Part shown: one piece after another, positions 1 to 10,279 of the stretch
Numbering within the stretch: the first letter of the stretch is position 1
Layout of the letters: each line of letters opens with the position of its first letter
From: Callorhinchus milii
Taxonomy: Eukaryota
Direction of reading: 5' to 3'
DNA: 35,871 nucleotides
NCBI RefSeq assembly: GCF_018977255.1
Contig: NW_024705537.1
Coordinates: 1-35,871 of the forward strand
Program-made: the position numbers and the translations under genes
The notes under the pieces: model-generated
The model's input: the letters and a program-made list of their open reading frames with translations, nothing else
Told to the model about the DNA's origin: nothing
The model's database searches: none

Positions 1-221
1 TGCATTGATGCACCGCCAGAGTGCAGGTCATCTCTACTGTTCTGCCGGTTTTCTTGACCATGGATCCGGGCTGCGTCAAGGAAAGACCATCACAGCCCAC
101 TGGAAAGACAAAAACAATTCCTTATTTTATTTTACTCTCTGATAATGTGATAATCCTTTAATTGCATCCAGAAAAACTTACGTGTCACCAGGAAACTCAG
201 CACAGAGACACAACCCCACAT
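1..221 (-). pseudogene. TRGV: TRGV-like family 2 (CGLWHS type), 5' part only (runs off window start), frameshifted
   Basis: Leader exon 221-182 (MWGCVSVLSFLVT), GT donor, AG acceptor 101-100, V exon GCDGLSLTQPGSMVKKTGRTVEMTCTLA. It reads caccgccag where paralogues (3979, 7606) read cacccgccag, a 1-bp deletion after Cys23. Confidence 0.75.
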
Positions 222-969
222 ATCTGATGTGATGTGTGGACCAGAGACAGTTTGAAGCGGATCGGATCACTTCACCTCACGTTCTCGCTGTGGGAATGAT
301 CCAAACCTCTTTCTGCCAATAGGGTTGTTGTGTGGTTGTGTTTCTCCCCTCCCCCACACCGATCTCTTCAGACCACACGATATCTGGGGCCATTTACTCT
401 TTTGTTGCATCAGTTTTATATGGAGGGCAGTTATTGGGAGAAATTCCTCATCTGGTTCTAAATCGAGGATTTAGATTTTTTTTTAAGTGAAAAAACGTTT
501 CATGATTTTTCATCTCCCATCAAGCAGAATTGACATGTTATAGTTTACAGTGCAACTCAGAAGGCGTGAGCAGGAGCCGAGCGTGAACTTTGTTGGGTTT
601 AACCATACAATTAGTAAGTTGCACCGAATGGAGATTTCAAAAAATTCGCCTTCAAACTGGAATTGTTAAGGTTTCCATGTGTAAGTGTTTGTTATTGATT
701 TGCTGTGTTTACAAGTACAAAATATCTGAGTGACTAAAATAAAGTTCCTCTTTAACTCTTTCCCTCCTACTTAATACAATGAACACAACGCCCTCTTTAT
801 AGTTCTTCCCAGTTTCTGGACCACAACTATCAGGATTGACCAGACTGTGATCTCTCTGCTGCAGTTAACAGTCTCCTCCTCAATACACTGAGACCCAACT
901 GCAGCCGTGTTGGCTTCCGAGTGAAAGGGACGTTTTTGTACGATCTCTTGTGTGTCTGCAGCTGCTGTG

Positions 970-1402
970 TGAATCCCAGACACCACAATAATAAATGCCA
1001 CTGTCATCCGAGGTGAGGCTTTTGATTCTGAGAGTGCACGAGTCCACAATTTTTTGAGCAGAAAAACTGGGAAAATCAGGCGAGTTATCTTTCTTATTTC
1101 CTGAGTGGTAATAGAGGATCCATTGCAGTCCCTTCCCGGGAGTTTCACGGTACCAGTGAACATAGTCATTGTCAATATTATTCTTTGTACAGGTAATCCT
1201 CGCTACCTTTCCTAATTTGACGATCATGGATCTGGGCTGTGACAAGGTAAAGCCATCACAGCCAACTGGAAAGACAAAAACAATCATTAGGTTATTTTAC
1301 TCTCTCTCTCTCTCTGACAATCTGATGGTTACTGAATGACATTCAGATAAACTTACGCGACAGCAAGACGGTCAGTACACAGACACAGCCTGTCCTCAGC
1401 AT
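970..1402 (-). CDS. TRGV: TRGV-like V segment, family 1, intact
   Basis: Leader exon 1402-1357 (MLRTGCVCVLTVLLS, phase 1) and V exon 1265-970 with Cys23, Trp41 and YYCGVWDS. RSS 969-931: CACAGCA-23-ACAAAAACG. Confidence 0.9.
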
Positions 1403-1465
1403 GTTTGATACCATGTGTGGCCCAGGAGCAGCTTCAAGCCAATTTGACCATCTCAGTTGGCTCGT

Positions 1466-1520
1466 CTTCCTGTGGGAAAGATCCAAACCCGTTTGCACCA
1501 ATTAGAGCCGTTTTGTGGTT
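1466..1520. promoter_or_regulatory. V promoter motif cluster (Ets-like CTTCCTGT, RBPJ/Ikaros-like TGTGGGAA, CCAAT, Runx-like TGTGGTT), repeated upstream of each leader
   Basis: Motifs at 1466-1473, 1471-1478 and 1514-1520. Equivalent positions are conserved upstream of all family-1 and family-2 leaders that retain a promoter. Factor assignments are motif matches only. Confidence 0.55.
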
Positions 1521-1769
1521 GTTTTCCTCCCCTCAGAGCGTAATACTCAAATCTTTACTATTTCACATTCTGCTGCTCACTCCACATACACCTCAATATA
1601 TCTCTTCTTCAGGCTTTACGTTTTTTTAATCTATAATATAGGCTGTGCGTCAGCAATGGTTGAGGCATGACATTTTATATGGCAACACCCCACCCCCCAC
1701 CACCGTGTAAAGGGAATAAGGTTGTGATGTTTAAAGCGTTACTTAGATTAATTTATTGCTTCATACACG

Positions 1770-1783
1770 ACCCCAGGTGGCCG
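1770..1783 (+). promoter_or_regulatory. Degenerate CTCF-like motif
   Basis: ACCCCAGGTGGCCG, a 1-bp-shorter variant of the CCACAAGGTGGCAG found at the homologous position in other units. Confidence 0.35.
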
Positions 1784-1990
1784 CACACCCCACACAGTAT
1801 GTGTATGCATACTTGAGAGAGACAGATAGCCATCAACTCGATATTAATGAAAGTAAATTGTAGGACTCAGAGTAATCATGTGTTGGCTTATGAGTTATTT
1901 AATTCTTTTTTTGGGAGGATGGGTTAGCCACATGTCTGATACATATGACAACTCATCACCATACCAGACTGAGAGTTCCATACATGTATG

Positions 1991-2117
1991 CCATGGTAGC
2001 AGTGAACATAGTCATTGCCCATCGATTTATCATGCATTGTACAGGTAATCACTGCTGTTCTTCTTCGATTATTGTTCATGGATCTGGGCTGTGACAAGGT
2101 AAAACCATCACAGCCAA
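1991..2117 (-). pseudogene. TRGV: TRGV-like family 3 fragment (FR1-CDR1 only)
   Basis: Acceptor, then GCDGFTLSQPRSMNNNRRRTAVITCTMHDKSMGNDYVHCYH (Trp41 to Cys). The leader exon and the 3' half of the V are missing. Confidence 0.8.
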
Positions 2118-3082
2118 CTGGAAACAGAAAATAAAATCATTTACTATCTCTGATAATGTGATGATCATTCAATTGCATCTAACCCTGTTTGTGCCAATAA
2201 GCAGTGTTTGCCGTTATGTTACCCCTCCCCCCACCACCTCAAGCTGGGCAGTACCTTTGCCAATTATTCATTTTCTAACATATTGGCTCATTTGGCAACA
2301 CTCAGGTTCCGCTTCAAAAGGTTGTGGTTTCAAGACCTGCAGCATTTGCACTTCTGTTAGGGAATAGGGTGTCAGCTATGGAGTCTGGCATTGATGGTCT
2401 CACAGAGCTTGTTTTGGCAAAGACTGTGCTATGACTGATCTATAATTTTTGGAGAGTAATAATGGTGAGTAGGGCCTTAGGGAAATCAGGTCTGGAGGGG
2501 ACAAAGTCGTGGAGGAGGGATTTGGCTGTATTGGGAGTGATGTGAGGACAGAGGCAGGTGATTAAGATAATGGTCTTCAGCAGAACTTGATTTTAAGACA
2601 CATTTCAACCTCTATTACAATAATATTGAATTCATGTTACAACTGATACGCCATGAGGCTGTGGTTATATTTTACAAATATAGCAGTATGCACAACAAAG
2701 AAAACATAGGTTTCACCATCTTCCATTTACCATCAGAGAGAACTGATATTTCAGATACTTAAAACGTGCATCTCTGGAGGAATGAGCAGGAGACTGTCAT
2801 CTGTAAATGCGACCTTCAGTAGATTTAATTTTGAACAACACATTTTACAGTCAATAGAATCCTTCAAAGCCAATGGCCAGGCACATACATTATGTTATTC
2901 ACTTCTGTAATACAATTACTGGACTGCACTTGAAAAACACTTTGACAAACAACAAGATTATATTTTTGAAGGGTCTTCAGATTTTACCAGGTTGTTTTCC
3001 CTCTGCTTCAGTTAACAATCTCCCCTTCAATACACTGAGACACAGCTGCAGCCGAAGTGATCTTCTAGAAAAAGGCAACTTT

Positions 3083-3408
3083 AATAATAATAATAATTCT
3101 TGCATTTCATAAAGCACTTTTCGCGTCTTCTAGATGGCTCAAACCGCTTCACAGAATATACTGTAAAGTGAATTGACTGTATACTTGTGGGCGAAACCCA
3201 ACAGACAAAGCAATGTCCAACATTGCACAAAGCAATGTCCCACAAACAGTCATGGATTGAAGTGACCAATTTATTTTTTCTTCTCTTGAGGGATTATTAT
3301 CAGACTTGTGGAGTAAGGAAACTTGCCGAAGGTTTTGCCCCACCAGGAATTGAGCCCAATTCCGTCGCTTGCGAGGTGAGTGCTCTAACCACTGAGCTCC
3401 AGGACTCC
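3083..3408 (-). mobile_element. tRNA-derived SINE (Deu-type body, L2-like tail)
   Basis: GGAGTCCTGGAGCTCAGTGG head, Deu-like TGTGGGACATTGCT..TGTGCAAT body and (ATT)n tail. Inserted at the RSS nonamer of the adjacent V. Confidence 0.85.
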
Positions 3409-3443
3409 ACTGTTTGTATGATTATGTGTCTAGGAGGGCTGTG

Positions 3444-4190
3444 TGAATGCCAGAGCCCACAGTAATAGGTGGCTGTGTCCTCCTGGACGGGTTTTATGAT
3501 TGTTAGAATGCACAACTGACCACTTTTAACAGCAGAGAAACGCTCTGAAAAGGCAGGTGAGGTTTCCCTCCAAGTTCCTGAGCGGTAACAGAGAATCCAT
3601 TGAAACTCCTTCCCGGGATTCCCACGGTAATAACAATAATAATAATCCTTGCATTTGATATAGCGCTTTTCACGTCGGGAGGACGTCCCAAAGCGCTTCA
3701 CAGAACACACTGTAAAGTGAATTGATTGTATATTTGTGGGAGAACGCGGCAGCCAATTGCGCACAGCAATGTCCCACAAACAGTCGTAGATTGAAAATGA
3801 CCAATTCATTATTGTTTTTTGGAGGGATTATTATTAGGCGTATGGAGTAAGGAAACTTGCCCAAGGTTTGGCCCTCTGCCTGGAATTGAACTCAGGTCTC
3901 TCGCTTGCAAAGCGAGTGCTCTATCCACTGAGCTACAGGACTCCACGTACCAGTGAACATGCACATTCTGCATTGATGCACCCGCCAGAGTGCAGGTCAT
4001 CTCTACTGTTCTGCCGGTTTTCTTGACCATGGATCCGGGCTGCGTTAAGGAAAGACCATCACAGCCCACTGGAAAGACAAAAACAATTCCTTATTTTATT
4101 TTACTCTCTGATAATGTGATAATCCTTTAATTGCATCCAGAAAAACGTACGTGTCAACAGGACACTCAGCACAGAGACACAACCCCACAT
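3444..4190 (-). pseudogene. TRGV: TRGV-like family 2, interrupted by a SINE in FR2
   Basis: Leader 4190-4151, V 4068-3945, SINE, then V 3629-3444 ending YYCGLWHS. Heptamer CACAGCC 3443-3437 with only a 19-bp spacer to nonamer 3417-3409. Confidence 0.88.
3630..3944 (-). mobile_element. tRNA(Ala)-like SINE
   Basis: Head GGAGTCCTGTAGCTCAGTGGATAGAGCACTCGCTTTGCAAGCGAGAGACCTGAGTTCAATTCC (A/B boxes), Deu-like core and (ATT)n tail. Approximate TSD ACG(G)TA. Confidence 0.88.
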
Positions 4191-4939
4191 ATCTGATGTG
4201 ATGTGTGGACCAGAGACAGTTTGAAGCGGATCGGATCACTTCACCTCACGCTTCTCGCTGTGGGAATGATCCAAACCTCTTTCTGCCAAATAGGGTTGTT
4301 GTGTGGTTGTGTTTCTCCCCTCCCCCACACCGATCTCTTCAGACCACACGATATCTGGGGCCATTTACTCTTTTGTTGCATCAGTTTTATATGGAGGGCA
4401 GTTATTGGGAGAAACTCCTCATCTGGTTCTAAATCGAGGATTTAGATTTTTTTTAAGTGAAAAAACGTTTCATGATTTTTCATCTCCCATCAAGCAGAAT
4501 TGACATGTTATAGTTTACAGTGCAACTCAGAAGGCGTGAGCAGGAGCCGAGCGTGAACTTTGTTGGGTTTAACTTTACAATTAGTAAGTTGCACCGAATG
4601 GAGATTTCAAAAAATTCGCCTTCAAACTGGAATTGTTAAGGTTTCCATGTGTAAGTGTTTGTTATTGATTTGCTGTGTTTACAAGTACAAAATATCTGAG
4701 TGACTAAAATAAAGTTCCTCTTTAACTCTTTCCCTCCTACTTAATACAATGAACACAACTCCCTCTTTATAGTTCTTCCCAGTTTCTGGACCACAACTAT
4801 CAGGATTGACCAGACTGTGATCTCTCTGCTGCAGTTTACAGTCTCCTCCTCAATACACTGAGACCCAACTGCAGCCGTGTTGGCTTCCGAGTGAAAGGGA
4901 AGTTTTTGTACGATCTCTTGTGTGTCTGCAGCTGCTGTG

Positions 4940-5368
4940 TGAATCCCAGACACCACAATAATAAATGCCACTGTCACCCGAGGTGAGGCTTTTGATTCTG
5001 AGAGTGCATGAGTCCACAGTTTTTTGAGCTGAATAACCGGGAAAATCAGGCGAGTTTTCTTTCTTATTTCCTGAGTGGTAATAGAGGATCCATTGCAGTC
5101 CCTTCCCGGGAGTTTCACGGTACCAGTGAACATAGTCATTGCCAATATTATTCTTTGTACAGGTAATCTTAACTGCCTTTCCTGATTTGACGATCATGGA
5201 TGAGGGCTGTGACAAGGTAAAGCCATCACAGCCAACTGGAAAGACAAAAACAATCATTAGTTTATTTTACTCTCTCTCTCTGACAATCTGATGGTTACTG
5301 AATGGCATTCAGATAAACTTACGCGACAGCAAGACGGTCAGTACACAGACACAGCCTGTCCTCAGCAT
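4940..5368 (-). CDS. TRGV: TRGV-like V segment, family 1, intact
   Basis: Leader 5368-5323, V exon 5235-4940, RSS CACAGCA-23-ACAAAAACT at 4939-4901. Confidence 0.9.
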
Positions 5369-5737
5369 GTTTGATACCATGTGTGGCCCAGGAACAGCTT
5401 CAAGCCAATTTGACCATCTCAGTTGGCTCGTCTTCCTGTGGGAAAGATCCAAACCCGTTTGCACCAATTAGAGCCGTTTTGTGGTTGTTTCCTCCTCCCC
5501 TCAGAGCGTAATACTCAAAGCTTTACTATTTCACATTCTGCTGCTCACTCCACATACACCTCAATATATCTCTTCTTCAGGCTTTACGTTTTTTTAATCT
5601 ATAATATAGGCTGTGCGTCAGCAATGGTTGAGGCATGACATTTTATATGGCAACACCCCACCCCCCACCAACGTGTAAAGGGAATAAGGTTGTGATGTTT
5701 AAAGTGTTACTTATATTAATTTACGGCTTCATACACG

Positions 5738-5751
5738 ACCCCAGGTGGCCG
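5738..5751 (+). promoter_or_regulatory. Degenerate CTCF-like motif
   Basis: ACCCCAGGTGGCCG, same as at 1770. Confidence 0.35.
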
Positions 5752-5954
5752 CCCACCCCACACAGTATGTGTATGCATACTTGAGACAGATAGCCATCAA
5801 CTCGATATTAATGAAAGTAAATTGTAGGACTCAGAGTAATCATGTGTTGGCTTATGAGTTATTTAATTCTTTTTTTGGGAGGATGGGTTAGCCACATGTC
5901 TGATACATATGACAACTCATCACCATACCAGACTGAGAGTTCCATACATGTATG

Positions 5955-6081
5955 CCATGGTAGCAGTGAACATAGTCATTGCCCATCGATTTATCATGCA
6001 TTGTACAGGTAATCACTGCTGTTCTTCTTCGATTATTGTTCATGGATCTGGGCTGTGACAAGGTAAAACCATCACAGCCAA
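5955..6081 (-). pseudogene. TRGV: TRGV-like family 3 fragment
   Basis: Copy of 1991-2117 with the same truncations. Confidence 0.8.
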
Positions 6082-7046
6082 CTGGAAACAGAAAATAAAA
6101 TCATTTACTATCTCTGATAATGTGATGATCATTCAATTGCATCTAACCCTGTTTGTGCCAATAAGCAGTGTTTGCCGTTATGTTACCCCTCCCCCCACCA
6201 CCTCAAGCTGGGCAGTACCTTTGCCAATTATTCATTTTCTAACATATTGGCTCATTTGGCAACACTCAGGTTCCGCGTCAAAAGGTTGTGGTTTCAAGAC
6301 CTGCAGCATTTGCACTTCTGTTAGGGAATAGGGTGTCAGCTATGGAGTCTGGCATTGATGGTCTCACAGAGCTTGTTTTGGCAAAGACTGTGCTATGACT
6401 GATCTATAATTTTTGGAGAGTAATGATGGTGAGTAGGGCCTTAGGGAAATCAGGTCTGGAGGGGACAAATGCGTGGAGGAGGGATTTGGCTGTATTGGGA
6501 GTGATGTGAGGACAGAGGCAGGTGATTAAGACAATGGTCTTCAGCAGAACTTGATTTTAAGACACATTTCAACCTCTATTACAATAATATTGAATTCATG
6601 TTACAACTGATACGCCATGAGGCTGTAGTTATATTTTACAAATATAGCAGTATGCACAACAAAGAAAACATAGGTTTCACCATCTTTCATTTACCATCAG
6701 AGAGAACTGATATGTCAGATACTTAAAACGTGCATCTCTGGAGGAATGAGCAGGAGACTGTCATCTGTAAATGCGACCTTCAGTAGATTTAATTTTGAAC
6801 AACACATTTTACAGTCAATAGAATCCTTCAAAGCCAATGGCAATGCACATACATTATGTTATTCACTTCTGTAATACAGTTACTGGACTGCACTTGAAAA
6901 ACACTTTGACCAACAACAAGATTATATTTTTGAAGGGCCTTCAGATTTTACCAGGTTGTTTTCCCTCTGCTTCAGTTAACAATCTCCCCTTCAATACACT
7001 GAGACACAGCTGCAGCCGAAGTGATCTTCTAGAGAAAGGCAACTTT

Positions 7047-7355
7047 AATAATAATAATTCTTGCATTTGGTAAAGCACTTTTCGCGTCTTCTAGATGGCT
7101 CAAACCGCTTCACAGAATATACTGTAAAGTGAATTGACTGTATACTTGTGGGCGAAACCCAACAGACAATTGCACAAAGCCATGTCCCACAAACAGTCAT
7201 GGATTGAAGTGACCAATTTATTTTTTCTTTTCTTGAGGGATTATTATCAGACTTGTGGAGTAAGGAAACTTGCCGAAGGTTTTGTCCCACCAGGAATCGA
7301 ACCCAATTCCGTCGCTTGAGAGGTGAGTGCTCTAACCACTGAGCTCCAGGACTCC
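7047..7355 (-). mobile_element. tRNA-derived SINE (duplicated copy of 3083-3408)
   Basis: Same insertion point in the nonamer and near-identical sequence. Confidence 0.85.
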
Positions 7356-7390
7356 ACTGTTTGTACGATTGTGTGTCTGGGAGGGCTGTG

Positions 7391-7817
7391 TGAATGCCAG
7401 AGCCCACAGTAATAGGTGGCTGTGTCCTCCTGGACGGGTTTTATGATTGTTAGAATGCACAACTGACCACTTTTAACAGCAGAGAAACGCTCTGAAAAGG
7501 CAGGTGAGGTTTTCATCTGACTTTCTGAGCCCTAATAGAGAATCCACTGAAACTCCTTCCCGGGATTCCCATGGTACCAGTGAACATACACATTCTGCAT
7601 TGATGCACCCGCCAGAGTGCAGGTCATCTCTACTGTTCTGCCGGTTTTCTTGACCATGGATCCGGGCTGCGTCAAGGAAAGACCATCACAGCCCACTGGA
7701 AAGACAAAAACAATTCCTTATTTTATTTTACTCTTTGATAATGTGATAAACCTTTAATTGCATCCAGAAAAACTTACGTGTCACCAGGACACTCAGCACA
7801 GAGACACAACCCCACAT
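7391..7817 (-). pseudogene. TRGV: TRGV-like family 2, in-frame stop
   Basis: Leader 7817-7778, V exon 7695-7391. TAG at 7534-7532 (WILY*), and the RSS spacer is only 19 bp (7383-7365). Confidence 0.88.
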
Positions 7818-8513
7818 ATCTGATGTGATGTGTGGACCAGAGACAGTTTGAAGCGGATCGGATCACTTCACCTCACGCTTCTCGCTGTGGGAATGATCCA
7901 AACCTCTTTCTGCCAAATAGCGTTGTTGTGTGGTTGTGTTTCTCCCCTCCCCCACACCGATCTCTTCAGACCACACGATATCTGGGGCCATTTACTCTTT
8001 TGTTGCATCAGTTTTATATGGATGGCAGTTATTGGGAGAAATTCCTCATCTGGTTCTAAATCGAGGATTTAATTTTTTTTTAAGTGAAAAACCGTTTCAT
8101 GATTTTTCATCTCCCATGAAGCAGAATTGACATGTTATAGTTTACAGTGCAACTCAGAAGGCGTGAGCAGGAGCCGAGCGTGAACTTTGTTGGGTTTAAC
8201 CTTACAATTAGTAAGTTTCCATGTGTAAGTGTTTGTTATTGATTTGATGTGTTTAAAAGTAGAAAATATCTGAGTGAATAAAATAAGGTTCCCCTTTAAC
8301 TCTTTCCCTTCTGCTTAATGCAATGAACACAACGCCCTCTATATAGTTCTTCCCAGTTTCTGGACCACAACTATCAGGATTGACCAGACTGTGATCTCTC
8401 TGCTGCAGTTAACAATCTCCCCCTCAATACACTGAGACCCAACTGCAGCCGTGTTGACTTCCGAGTGAAAGGCAAGTTTTTGTGCGATCTCTTGTGCGTC
8501 TGCAGCTGCTGTG

Positions 8514-8956
8514 TGAATCCCAGACACCACAATAATAAATGCCACTGTCAATCGAGGTGAGGCTTTTGATTCTGAGAGTGCACGATTCCCCACTTTTTTG
8601 AGCAGAAAAACCAAGAAAATCAAGCGATTTATCTTTATTATCTTCTGAGTGGTAATAGAGGATCCATTGCAGTCCCTTCCCGGGAGTTTCACGGTACCAG
8701 TGAACATAGTCATTGCCTATATTATTCTTTGTGCAGCTAATCCTTGCTGCCTTTCCTGATTTGACGATCATGGATCTGGGCTGTGACAAGGTAAATCCAT
8801 CACAGCCAACTGGAAAGACAAAAACAATCATTAGGTTATTTTACTCTCTTTCTCTCTGACAATCTGGTGGTTACTGAATGGCATTCAGATAAACTTACAC
8901 GACAGCAAGACGGTCAGTACACAGACACAGCCTGTCCTCAGCGTGTTTGATACCAT
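8514..8956 (-). CDS. TRGV: TRGV-like V segment, family 1; usual ATG mutated to ACG, upstream in-frame ATG available
   Basis: V exon 8809-8514 open, RSS 8513-8475 CACAGCA-23-ACAAAAACT. Leader ACG at 8944-8942, in-frame ATG at 8956 (MVSNTLRTG). Confidence 0.8.
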
Positions 8957-10279
8957 GTGTGGCCCAGGAACAGCTTCAAGCCAATTTGACCATCTCAGTT
9001 GGCTCGTCTTCCTGTGGGAAAGATCCAAACCCGTTTGCACCAATTAGAGCAGTTTTGCGGTTGTTTCCTCCTCCCCTCAGAGCGTAATACTCGAACTTGT
9101 CTCATTCGACAGCAGTTTATTCCCACAGGATTTGAGCTCCTAATCTTGCTTTGCACAGGGGGAACGGAGCATAATCAGAGGTACTGTCTTTGTGGTGAGA
9201 TGTTCAACCGAGGTCCCTTTGCCTCATTCAGGTGGACACTAGAAATATTATGACACTATCAATACAAAAGATTTTCTCTCTGCCCTGGACAAACTTCCTC
9301 TTTGTGTTCATGAACTTGCTGGTGCAAATGGGTTTGCATTTGCCTACAAAGCAAGCCACTACCCAATGAACAACAATTACATATGAAGGCAATAAATACG
9401 TAGCAACATGATATGGAAGTTATACCCTGACCAGTCCTGCAGTAGATTGACAATAATTCATACCAAAAGCTATTGATAGAAACATATTTATTCGACAGAG
9501 GATTTGGCATTGATATAATTTTCAGATCTCAGTTTGCGAAACCTCACAGACACTTGGGGACACCAACCATACTGACCTACTGTCAGAGTGAAATTCCATG
9601 AGACATTAGTCAAATATGTTAATACAGCAAATGTGTTACCTCTTTCAAACGCCCCCTCCTGCCCTCTACAACTGATACAATTCAAGCTTGGGGGGGTCAC
9701 GTAATCATCAATTCTCACATTATCTTACTCTCTCCTCGTGCCATAAATCTCATCCTATATGAACTTGTCTCAATAAAAATGGAAACTATATGAGGGATCC
9801 AGAAAATGATTGTTACAGATTGTTAATTTGTGATTATTTTTTGCAAATTCTGTTCAACAGAACATCTTTGATGGTGTAATTCTTGTTTTAATCAGCTTTT
9901 CTATGAATTGTTTTACACCCATTCCCCCTGCTTATTTTTCTTTGGAGCACTTGGAACTTGTTGACTGGTTTAAAATGTGTGTCTTTGTGGTCAGTTCCCC
10001 CTCTGCTCGAAATCTGCCTCCGTTAAGCAGAGCTGCAACAGGAAAGTCGAAAGTCTTTCATAAACTTGCACCAAGCAAAAGATTTAAAAGCATATTTACT
10101 TATAATTTTTTATACTTTGAACTTTTACTAGACAACAAATCCACAGAAAATACGAGGAAATACATAGTGACTTGGCCAGTCTTGATCTGTGGCATAAGTT
10201 ATAGAATCACAGAATGTTACAGCATAGAAACACACCAATTAGCTCACTAAGGCTGCACTGGTGTTTTGCTCTGTATTAA

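Noticed and set aside
850-892. Possible D segment (36 bp) between CACTGAG at 886-892 and the second RSS
   Set aside because: No nonamer-like sequence lies 12 or 23 bp from CACTGAG (CCGTGTTGG / TCCGAGTGA), and the segment is not G-rich like typical D. Only the 3' signal is supported.
880-969. C-terminal extension HSSCRHTRDRTKT..SVY and N-terminal MIVFVFPV of the ORF-track V proteins
   Set aside because: These are translations through the RSS and of the intron polypyrimidine tract. The real boundaries are the splice acceptor and the heptamer.
771-1175. ~134-aa minus-strand ORFs (MTMTMFTGTVKLPG..) recurring at each family-1 V
   Set aside because: These are the alternate reading frame of the V exon plus flank. 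They recur because the DNA is duplicated and are cut by stops in the 18.8, 24.9 and 28.9-kb copies.
2158-2367. Identical 69-aa ORFs at 2158, 6122 and 35095, and similar short ORFs at 4203, 7830 and 33175
   Set aside because: They lie antisense over V intron/promoter remnants. Identity reflects recent duplication, not coding constraint.
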